DNA of 64,000 nt from Octopus sinensis (lineage: Eukaryota), in assembly GCF_006345805.1 (NCBI RefSeq), contig NC_043000.1, forward strand, positions 51,150,001 to 51,214,000, given 5' to 3'. The notes beneath the pieces are model-generated. The model was not told where the DNA came from. It saw only the letters and a list, made by a program, of their open reading frames with translations, and did not search any database. Position 1 is the stretch's first letter. Every line of letters begins with the position of its first letter. Position numbers and translations under genes: made by a program. Shown here one piece after another: positions 14,566 through 25,634 of the stretch.

Positions 14566-14717
14566 AGGTGGGGAGCTGATAGAATTGCAAGCACTCCGGG
14601 TGAAATGCTTAGTAGTATTTCACCTGATAAAATAAGTACCCAGTTAATCAGTAAGGATGTTGTAATCAACGTGCCCCCTTCCCCAAATTGCTGGCCTTGT
14701 GCCTAAATTTGGAACCA
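14566..14717 (+). mobile_element. SINE-like element, family B
   Basis: GGGGAGCTGATAGAATTG head, GATAAAATAAGTACC segment shared with other local SINEs, and 3' GGCCTTGTGCCTAAATTTG hairpin end. Confidence 0.5.
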
Positions 14718-15016
14718 ACTAATAAGTCATGTAAATGTTATTGATGATCCTGAAAGGAAGATCGTATCCCAGTCATTCAATCTGGTTTGGTGTGCTGTAA
14801 AGGTATCAAGAAGAAGCCACTGAAATTGTGCACATTCTTTCTTGCAGACCCCTGAAAGTCTATGCAGATCTTTTGATAGGAGCACTTGCGCAACACAAGC
14901 AACTTGTTTGTTAGTCTCAAAGCACTATGCTTGAGAATGTCTGAGAAATCCCTTTATTTGTTGTGTAAAATAATATAATTAAAACAAATCCAACAGGAAG
15001 ATACACATTAGGTATT

Positions 15017-15410
15017 GATTGATTGATTGATTCTAGTTTCAGCTCATGAGCTGTGGCCATGCTGAGGCACCGCCATTTGGTGTTGCTACATGGTTTCACT
15101 TCACGAGTGCTTTTTAGCAACTGCCATTTGGTGCATGAGAGAGTTCGATGCAGCTGCCCTCATCTGCACCTCCTGCTGTGAAGTTGGTTCATCTGGGATA
15201 CCTTACAAGAAGAGATCCATTTTCATTTTAAAGACATCTGCATCCACCCCATGCAGGTCTCTTAGGTTCTTCGGGAGGATATTGAAGAGCTGTGGACCTC
15301 AGAAGCCCAGGCTATCACAGTATCTTGTCCTACATCTTGATGGCAAATTTGGAGTCCTTGGCACCACGCAGTGGCGCCCAGTTCTGGCATTTGTGTAACT
15401 CTCAATGCCA
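15017..15410 (-). mobile_element. 5'-truncated CR1/L2-like LINE 3' end with (AATC)n tail
   Basis: Reverse complement is homologous to 56400-56720 (ORF2 C-terminus with a GIPDEPT...RAAASNSL-like motif) and ends GGCGGTGCCTCAGCATGGCCACAGCTCATGAGCTGAAAC plus (AATC)n. Confidence 0.88.
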
Positions 15411-16308
15411 AAGTTTGGGACAAGTCCTTCCAGGATTATTCATATTACATATTTTACATTCTTACCATTGATAGTATTTAAACATAACGCAAACTACTAA
15501 ATTCCTTATCAGTTAACTAATCAATACTTTTATAAAATGCATAAGTATATTAACTGAATTTAACGTTAACATGGAGGTATGTTAAGATTTCATTTTTTTT
15601 ATTTTACATGTAAGATAATATAGAGTAGAAAGCTCTATATAATATAGAGTGGGAGAAGCTTTTTAATAGCTGTTAGTGCAGTTGATTAGAATGTTTGCCA
15701 GTTACTGATTAGAGTCAAAATAACTAAAAAGAAATTTCCATTAGGATGCACTTCTGGAGAGAAATGTGTTTAGTACTGAGTAAAAGACATTATATAGAGT
15801 ATATCATTTTATACAAGTTGTTGATCACTATAAGTTTGTCTGCCAAGCATTTGTTTGGTTGTTGTCCAAAAGATTTGTATGCATGCATGTGTGTGTGTGT
15901 GCACATATGTGCTTGCAAGCACTTGTGCATTCTCTCAGATATGTAAGCAGTATTTTTGTGTTAAGTGAAGAAAGGCTGTGTATTTGCTCTTATCTGATAT
16001 TTTATGGTTGGAATTATTTGTTTAAAAAATATCTGTAAAGTAAGAGCTTAAAATGGAAAGCTAGAAATAATTTAACATGTTTATACAATGAAATGGTAGA
16101 TTTACTAGGCACTTCTAGAAATATATCACACATTTAGCTTGTTGACATGCAAGGTTTGCAACACATTTATTGCACTTCAAAAGCAATTCAGTGTGATAGG
16201 TACAACATAACACCCAACAGATGAATTAGATGGCTCAAATCTGTTGCTCAAAATTTATGGAAAAATTTCAGAAAGATAGAAATTTTTGTATCACATCAAC
16301 ACAATGTG

Positions 16309-16453
16309 ACAAGCTGGCAGAATTGTTTGTATACTGAGAAAAACAGTGGCATTTTGTTTATATTCTGAGTTGAAATTCTGCTGAGGTCAACTTTGCTTTT
16401 CATCCTTTCAGAGTTGGTAAGATAAGTACCAGCTGAGCACTGGGTTTGATGTA
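16309..16453 (+). mobile_element. SINE fragment, family C
   Basis: Homologous to 44990-45120 (TTCTGA...TTTGCYTTTCATCCTTTC...AAGTACCAG...GATGTA). Confidence 0.7.
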
Positions 16454-16471
16454 CCATATTTTTATATGTAT

Positions 16472-16767
16472 CTATCTATTTATCCGCTCAGTCGAAGTCG
16501 ACTCTCGGTCAGTCGTTGGATCAGTGTCCTCCAGTCAGTTCTATCCTGGGCTGCTTCTTTCAGATTGGCTATGTCCATTCTGGTATCCCTCTTGATGGTG
16601 TCAAGCCAGTGGGTTCTTGGTTGGCCTGTTCCTCTCTTGCCACTGACCATTCCGAGCATAATGTCCTTCTCCAGGGATTTTCTCTGCATAATATGACCGA
16701 AATATGCCAATCTATGCTTGGTGTTCCTAGCTTCTAGCGACATTTTCGGCCTGATCTGCTTAAGAAC
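16472..16767 (-). mobile_element. RTE/BovB-clade LINE 3' fragment
   Basis: ORF 16480-16743(-) gives RLAYFGHIMQRKSLEKDIMLGMVSGKRGTGQPRTHWLD...AAQDRTDWR, a typical RTE ORF2 C-terminus. It has a 3' AGTCG-ACTT-CGACT hairpin, a (TAGA)n tail and the flanking 10-bp direct repeat TTATATGTAT. Confidence 0.93.
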
Positions 16768-17254
16768 TTATATGTATAAGGAACCCTTTATTGTCAAAAA
16801 TTAGGTTTAAAAAATATGAGAGTTTCTTATACATGGATAATATTATAATCCCTTACAAAACTTTTTTCCAAATTTTAAGTCCCCAAAATTAGGGGATTCC
16901 TTATGCACAAGGGTTCCTTATACACATTAAAATGCAGTAATTGGCTTACCCACTCTCCAAAATTCCTGACCTTGTGCCAAAGTTGGAAACCAATATTGCA
17001 GCAACATAGCAACATATTTTTATGTTTTTGGTGTGTGTATGTACTATGTGTGTGTGTATATGTGTGTGTGTGTATGCATGCATGTGTGTGTGAGTCTTCA
17101 GGGTGTTACATTCTTTTGACAAAGAAGTGTCTATTCTTGACTTTGCCAACATATTGTTCATTGAGCAAATAATCCTCTACTTAATCAGAAACAGCAGTTA
17201 TTCTTGATCTCTGCTTTGCAGATAATGCACAACTCACCTATAATGTGTAGCTGA

Positions 17255-18415
17255 CACCTAAAATCCTCTCAGACCATAAAATTGTAGATTTAATAAAGTA
17301 TTGCCTAAAATGACATAGCTCAGAATATCACTAGAAGCACTCCAATAGTGACCAGCCTTAATTCTCATAAATCTCACTGGAATCAATCAAGATAGAGATA
17401 TTTGCAAGTTGATTTGATGTAAATTATATATATGCAAGACAATGACATAGAACTGGGAGAAATTATGTTAACAATAGAAGCTATATAACGTGTACATGTC
17501 CCAAAGAGAGAAAGAGAAAGAGAGAATAAGAGATGGGGGTAACAAAAATGTCATTCCCAGAGCTAGAAAAAAAATCTCTTGATGAAGATGAAAGGTTTCA
17601 AATTGCTTATATAGTCTATTACTTAGTGGACCTCTACCAAAAATAGATAAAAAAAAAACTATGAATTAAATAAAGAAAATAAAGACAGCCAAGGATATAT
17701 AAAAAAAATATCTAAAAGAATCCTGAAGTTTCCAAGAGGCTTGAAGAAAGAAACAGCTTCAGCAGATGATGAAACAGACAAGCCACTTTAAACCATCAAA
17801 AGATGAACTACTGAATGAACTGTTGTATAGAATTTCTTTTACTGCTCTGCTTGTAAGCATATAAATAATTGAGCAAGATGAATTTTTCAACATGATAGCT
17901 TTGCATAGGGAAGAGTAACCATCAGTTATATCAGTATATGTCATAGAGAAATTTTACTGAAAATCAGTAAATTTGCTTTCTCAACAGCTCTTCAAAAGAC
18001 AGACAAAAGGGACTCTTATTAAAGGATCCTTGTTAAACTGCTTCTGATAGTGTTACACAGATCTTAGAATTAGTAAGCTTCTGTTTGAAAATTTTTGAAA
18101 GAAGAATATTCTATCCATAAAGGAAGAAGCAAAGTAAATGAAGAATGAGACTCCTATCTATCTGACACCATACATCAGCAATGTCCAAAGAGAAAAGAAG
18201 CATAATATTTTCAGAGGATATTGACTTATGGAGTGACACTTGGCATGGTTTCTGTCCCTGTAAAAGCTGCTTCGTTATCTTCTGCTGCTTTAAAGCTGGA
18301 TAATAAAACAGCTGATCAATCAATCTAACATGTTATATTTAGACTTTCCAAAAGCTTAAAACAGCTGATTTTGGGGCTGTATGTTACATGCTGCAAGATC
18401 TTGGCATAGTTGTTA
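17255..18415 (+). pseudogene. Heavily decayed LINE ORF2 (endonuclease end to RT start), same CR1/L2-like group
   Basis: Residual motifs in shifting frames: LSDHKIV (about 17270), IHKGRSK, KIFER and LYLDFPKA...DFGAVCYMLQDLGI (18330-18410). The last matches [11 protein letters not shown] at 55565. Confidence 0.7.
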
Positions 18416-20477
18416 TTTAACCCAGGTTATTCTTGACTAAGAAGATATATGAACAAAGGTGCTCTGGTGAAAAACTTATCTCTTTGGGTATTTAGAATTT
18501 ACTTAATTATTTAAAATGGCATGGTGTTATAAAAGAGAGGTTAGGGTGTTATTTCTAGCAGGGCAAATGGCTACATAGAGGCTTCTCATTGGATCCTTTC
18601 AGCATGATAACATAAATCAGTGCTAACTTGGAAAAATTTCAACAATTCAGACTGAAGTTCCTTTGTGATATTTATCAAACACATTACTGTTTCATATTGT
18701 AGCCTCAGACATATCCTGTCATTCTAACTAGCTATTAGTCAATCAAAAGCTATGATGATATCAGCAACAACCAACGAAACGTTTTATTGACATGTATAGG
18801 AAGGCTAAGAGAAAAAAGCAAAAAAAAACAAAAAAAAACTATAAGGTAAAAAATACATCATAGCACCAGAAAAATTCAAGAAAATCACTCAAAATTCTAA
18901 TTTGGATGTACAGGTAGAATTAGAAGAGAAACTACACATTCAAAATCTGTAGAAGACTTGAGAATTATGAGATGTTGATGCATCATTTTCTGGGTGCATT
19001 ACAATGGGAGTAACAATTGACAAGCAGCTATCAATGTATTCAAAGATAATTTAGAACAAAAGAACAAGAAGTAATGTTGAGCCTGTAAGAGACATTTATT
19101 ATCAGTAAGTTGGATTATTGCTTTAAGTTGTTGTCCCCTCTTAGTATTAGTATTAAGCTCACTGTTAACTGGAAACAATCCAAACAATACCAAAGAAGAT
19201 TTATTCTATGCAGTTGCTGACTTATGGGGCAAGAGATTTATGTCTGCAATACATTTATATCTGGAAAATCTTTGAAAGATGGCATTACATGCTGCTGTGC
19301 AAATTGTGCAAATTCCTTGCAGCAGATACCACCATATAATACCAAATATTCTACCCTCCAACTGCCAGGTTAGGAATATGTACACAGAAACATGGGGTTT
19401 AATCTCTCTCTCTCTCTCTCTCTCTTCCTCTGCTATGTATACATATACACATACACAAAATTCATTGGCTGCTATATACATGTATATGTATGCACACACA
19501 TGAGTATGCTTGTGCATCCATGTGTGTGTGAATATATTGACAAAACACCACCCTATCACACCCACACCCTACAAAGTGGTAGGCATCTAGAGCCTTCATA
19601 GTCACTCCAAGTGCTGGGCTTCATTTTCAGCAAGGATCTCTCCTGGTGAAGCCACACCTTTAACATAGCTTGGTAGCCAGATTAACACTCTGAAGACTGG
19701 TCCTTCTCTTCAAAGCTAGAAAATATTCTAGCCCCAACAGCTGCTGACACTCTACAACAATGGAGTACAACTCCCTCATCTAAGATGGTGTTGTTTCTGC
19801 TCTGAAGGTTTTCTAGTAATTATTTCAATATATATTTTATTTACTTCTATTTCTATTTATTTATGCAATCTGTGTACAATAGTGGCATTGGTTATCTGAT
19901 TCTGCTGAGGCAAGCACTAGTTCTGTTTACTTGTGGAACTGTTAATTTGCAATTTTCTCGAAGATTTGTATATCGTACATCAATAAACAAACATTAGCAC
20001 ACTAATATATACAAAATCATACTTGCATGCACCACTCCACATGCATACATACATCTCTCTCTCATATATATGCATACATAGAGATATGAGACAAACTACC
20101 ACACAATTTACATTCACCAAATCCTACTAACATAGCATTAATACACCCAAGACTTTACCGTGAAAGACACTTGCCTGAGATTCTATACATGCTTGCCAAA
20201 TAAAATTCTTAATTTCTTGACATATTTCTGTAGAGTTGATGATACACATTACAACTACCTACTTTTCATGCATATGTGATAAATCAGACTCCTGGCAACA
20301 AATTGAAACTTACGTAAACTTATGCAGGCTGATGAAATATTAAGTAACTATGGGATGAATCAGTGACTTAGTGTAAATGAAATATACTAAAAAATAATGC
20401 CTACTCTTTTTTTATTTCATATACATTTGCAAACATAAAGAGATACATACATAACATTTACATGAAATGCTTATTTA

Positions 20478-20494
20478 CACACACACACACACAC

Positions 20495-20540
<46 letters not shown>

Positions 20541-20822
20541 GTGCTTGCTTACATACATATATATATGTATGTAAGCATGTATGTATGTATATATTTACAT
20601 CATATGCATATAATGTGTGTATTTCTATAGATGTGTTTGTGTATATATTTAGGTAGGTATATATGTATGGTTACTGTATGTGGATGTATATATAATTATG
20701 TCTGTATATACATATAAAAGCAATTTGGAAATAAATAGCACTGCTTATTTGATGTTAATATGAAGACAAGGGTACACACAAACACACACATGCACATATA
20801 TATAAACACATATAAACACATG

Positions 20823-20853
<31 letters not shown>

Positions 20854-21147
20854 CACACACATACACACACATTTTATTCTTTTATTTGTTTCAGTCATTT
20901 GACTGCAGCCAGGCTGTAACACTGCCTTTACTCAAACAAGCTGACCCCAAGACTTATTCTTTGTAAGCCTACTACTTATTCTAACAGTCTCTTTTGCCAA
21001 ACCACTAAGTTACAGGGATGTAAACACACCAGCATTGATTGTCAAGTGATGGTGGTGGGGACAAATACAGATACATAAGCATATATATAAATGAGATCTA
21101 CTGACAATATTTACTGACAATATAGTGCTTGGTCGAATTGATTAAGC

Positions 21148-21238
<91 letters not shown>

Positions 21239-21527
21239 ATATGAAGTGCTTGCTTACATACATATATATATGTATGTAAGCATGTATGTATGTATATATT
21301 TACATCATATGCATATAATGTGTGTATTTCTATAGATGTGTTTGTGTATATATTTAGGTAGGTATATATGTATGGTTACTGTATGTGGATGTATATATAA
21401 TTATGTCTGTATATACATATAAAAGCAATTTGGAAATAAATAGCACTGCTTATTTGATGTTAATATGAAGACAAGGGTACACACAAACACACACATGCAC
21501 ATATATATAAACACATATAAACACATG

Positions 21528-21558
<31 letters not shown>

Positions 21559-21882
21559 CACACACATACACACACATTTTATTCTTTTATTTGTTTCAGT
21601 CATTTGACTGCAGCCAGGCTGTAACACTGCCTTTACTCAAACAAGCTGACCCCAAGACTTATTCTTTGTAAGCCTACTACTTATTCTAACAGTCTCTTTT
21701 GCCAAACCACTAAGTTACAGGGATGTAAACACACCAGCATTGATTGTCAAGTGATGGTGGTGGGGACAAATACAGATACATAAGCATATATATAAATGAG
21801 ATCTACTGACAATATTTACTGACAATATAGTGCTTGGTCGAATTGATTAAGCATATATATATATATATACACACACACACAC
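20478..21882. repeat. Tandem duplication, 705-bp period, two copies
   Basis: 20538 onward and 21243 onward are identical by eye, including microsatellite lengths. The ORF track shows identical ORFs offset by 705. Confidence 0.97.
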
Positions 21883-21995
21883 GATGGACTTCTTTCAATT
21901 TCTATCTACTGAATCCACTCACAAAACTTTGGTCAGTCCGAGGCTATAGTAGAAAACACTTGCCCAAGGTGCCATGCAGTGGGACTGAACCCAGA
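20878..21995 (-). mobile_element. Family A SINE whose 3' half is duplicated (20878-21075, 21583-21780) with the 5' half at 21883-21995
   Basis: Both halves align with 6626-7002. Confidence 0.85.
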
Positions 21996-22024
21996 ATCAT
22001 ATTAATGTATTTTACTTATAATGA

Positions 22025-22390
22025 TTGTGACTGTGTGATAAGAAGCTTGCTTCCCAACCATATGATACCAGGCACATTGGGCAAGTGTACTTTAGCTTTA
22101 GGCTGGGCAAAGCCTTGTGATGATTTTGTAGACAGAAACAGAAAGAAGAAGCCCATATATGTATAACAATGTCTGTGTGTCTTTGCATCTGTGTTTATCC
22201 CCCAGCACCACTTATCAACACTTGTGTTTACGTCTCTGTAACTTAGTGGTTCACCAAAAAAGACTGATAGAATAAGTACCAGGCTTTAAAAAATTAAAAT
22301 AAGTACTAGGGTAGATTCATTCAACTAAAAATTCTTCTAAGCAGTGCTCCAGCATGGCCACACTCTAATGATTGATATAAGTAAAAAAAA
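22025..22390 (+). mobile_element. Family A SINE
   Basis: GGGCAAGTG, AAAGCCTTGTGA, GACTGATAGAATAAGTACC and GTGCTCCAGCATGGCCACA landmarks. Confidence 0.85.
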
Positions 22391-22406
22391 ATAGAAAGCT
22401 ATATAA

Positions 22407-22760
22407 ATCATCATCATCATTTACCTGCCATTTTCTTCGCTGGTTGGGGTTAGACAGTTTGACATGATCCAATGAACCAGAGTACTGTGTCCATCTCCAA
22501 TGTCTGCTTTCTACAGTCAAATCCCCTTCCTAATGCCAGCCATTTTACAGGTGTTTGGGGTGTTTTTTTTCATGACCCCAGTACTATGAGGTCACTAAGT
22601 AATTTGCAAAACAAAGAAGAACACAAAACCCCCTCATCTCAATGGGGTTGTAGTAGATGGAGAGTTAGGATGAATCCAGTTGTTTTGAGTTGAAAGTCTA
22701 ATACAGGGACAGAACAAGTGTCTTGCTGTAGAATAGATATATGGCTACCACACATTGTAT
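22407..22760 (-). mobile_element. Diverged SINE with (GAT)n tail, family E
   Basis: (CAT)n on + followed by the CCCTTCCTAATGCCAGCC motif shared with 29048-29345 and 46040-46277. Confidence 0.7.
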
Positions 22761-24847
22761 ATGAGTGGATGGGATGTATGTATAGATGCTCATCCTATCC
22801 ATGCAAGGATGAAAGAAAAGGAATATAACAAAAATGATGACAGAGAGAGAGAGAAAGAGGGATTATGTGTATATTTCCTTTTATTAGTTATTTATATTGC
22901 AAGTACCTTCTCATGTGAATGTATTTAATCTTTCAAATTTTCCAGTTTCTCTTGAGATCTTTGGCAAGAAAACTTATAATTGTAAGGCTTTAGTTTCAGA
23001 TAACAACCTAGCTATAATAATAAGTACCATATATTTCTGAAAAATATCACGTAATTCTTATACATTCAAATATGAAAACAATTGATGCTGAATGAAGTCT
23101 TGGATTACATTTCAAGTTGACTTTGCACATTGTTCCATCGACCAAAAATTCCTAACATCAACTTACAAAGGAATTGTTTTCAGAATATTTCTTCTCAAAT
23201 TCCTATTGTATTAATGAATTCAAAATTTCAGAACAATCAACATAGAGCCAACCACTGTGTAAGGGACACGAAGAAGATATTTTGGCCTTTATTTCACTAG
23301 AGAGCTACAAATCTCTTTACAAATTTATGAATGGCACAGTTTTGATATCAATTTGATTTTGTAAAGTGATATCGCTATTGACTTTTGCAGTTGTTGTTTG
23401 GTTTTGTCCAGTTTTATAATGTCAAATACTCCCTGACACTTTGGCTCATATGTTTGCTCTGTTTGCAGAATATATTTCTTTTGTTGCAAATAGGCCTATT
23501 GTTTTTGATTCAGTTGGAATCATTTATCAATTATTTATGCCCTTCTGAATGCATCAACAGTAGCTAGTATAGAATTCTGTAATACAAAATTTTCAGTCAA
23601 CTATGATTAATAAATAAAACATTAATAAAAATAAAGACATACACACATACAATAAACACATCATTATAAAATACAGTTGCTTGTTAGAGAGTTTGCAGAG
23701 TAGGTATAATGCATAATTCATATGCTTCTTTATGATATACCTCAGTAAAATATTTTTGATTTTTATAGTGATGCACTGATAATATATTTCATATCTTTTC
23801 AGTAAGGTTGTCACCCTAAGTTATGATAAAAAAAAATTCCTTTCTGTTATTTAAACAGAAAGTAGTTCACAGGAGAAAAGTCTTCATATAAAGTGTCATT
23901 TAGAAGACAAAAAATAAAATACCGATGATCCTAATGCTAACTGTTTTTATGTTAGTACTGATGACGTTTAATTTTGTGGTGGCTGCTATCACATATTTTG
24001 TAATACTTTTTTTACTAGTTTCAACTAGTGGGCTGTTACTATACTGGTGCATCACTATTGTGGTTGTTTGTTTTTTTTTATTCTGAGTAAATCATATTTT
24101 ATGAAACATATTGTGAAATGTAAATTTATTAAGAAACTGATTTTATAATGAAAAGCTTAACAGTTTATGATGCAAAGCTTAACTTTTGAACTTTGGAATG
24201 TATTTGATTTATACATCTTCTATATGACAAATGAGTAGATACATTATCATTTGTAAAGTTTTCATATTTAAATTTCCATCTTGTTCACATTCTTGTTACT
24301 ATATGAATAATAATGTGAAATTTAAGTACGTATACATTTGTATTTTTGTCAGAATATATTCCAAACATGAGATTATTGTACCAAGAAATGAAGAAGTTGA
24401 AATTATTTCACTAAAATCTTCCAAGTTATTAATTACTTTGAAAATTAATTAAAATACAATATTTCTTGTTAAGAATGTTGTCACGAATGTGATAATTAAC
24501 TTCAAGAAGACTATCTTGCTATAAAGTGATTTCTGCCTCCAACGTATACAAATATAAGAATTTGTACAATTTGAGCTTTGTTAGAAAGTATACGATTTAA
24601 AGAATAAGAACATACAAATTAGGAACATTTTGTAAAACAGAAGTTTTTGTGAAAGCTAAGATTTTAATGATATAATGGAAAGAGATAGACTGAAGTATTA
24701 TTCAGTTATCTGAAGAGAGAGGAAATAAGCAAGAAGGCATAGGGAAATTTTGAATGAAATCATTTTGACAGGATGTAAGATATTTATGAATATTGAGCCA
24801 ATGAGCTAAATGTACAATGCTCTGTGTAGAAACAGATTATTTACAAC

Positions 24848-24980
24848 ATATATATATATACACACACATATATACATACATATATATATATACACACATA
24901 TATACATATATATATATATACATACATATATATATATACATATATATATATACATACATACATATATATATATATACATA
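24848..24980. repeat. TA/CA/TACA microsatellite
   Basis: Direct observation. Confidence 0.9.
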
Positions 24981-25593
24981 CTAAAATATGCATAGAACAT
25001 AAAATGACCGCATAAAAGGAAAGATGACATATAAAGCAGAAATAACGATGGTAATGATCTTGGAAAGCTTTATATTGACACATGACAAATAATTCACTGT
25101 AAGAACATGTTCATTAACAATCAGGTGACCATAAACCCAATTTGCAGCTGAAGTTTATTAATGCACTTGCAATAAAATATTCTGAAAGCAAAAGAAAAGA
25201 GATTACAAAAAAAATTCTAGTTGATCCTCCTTGTAACTTACTTGTAAAGAGGAATGGAAAAATTCTTCATGGAGATATCTGTTTGACTAGTAGAAGACAT
25301 GGTAATGACAATCTAGTGATAATGACTGATTTGCACATATGTGCAAATGTATGTAATTTGATTTAATGATTGTGCCCCTAACTGAAAAAGAAACGAGCAA
25401 AATGCCTTACACTTCCATAAGCATTAAATGGCTTCACTTAATCTTTCATTATAAATATGTATTACTTTCTGCCACTTTATATTGACTACTCTTTTGTTAT
25501 TGACTAAATGAGGTGTCTATTTGGATGTATGTTTTTTATTTTGTGTGTGTGTTTATATATATAGCCTTTTGTGTCTGAATGTGAAGTTAGCTT

Positions 25594-25634
<41 letters not shown>

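Noticed and set aside
23925-24090. Short hydrophobic open frame resembling a transmembrane segment
   Set aside because: Expected from T-rich composition; no splice support.
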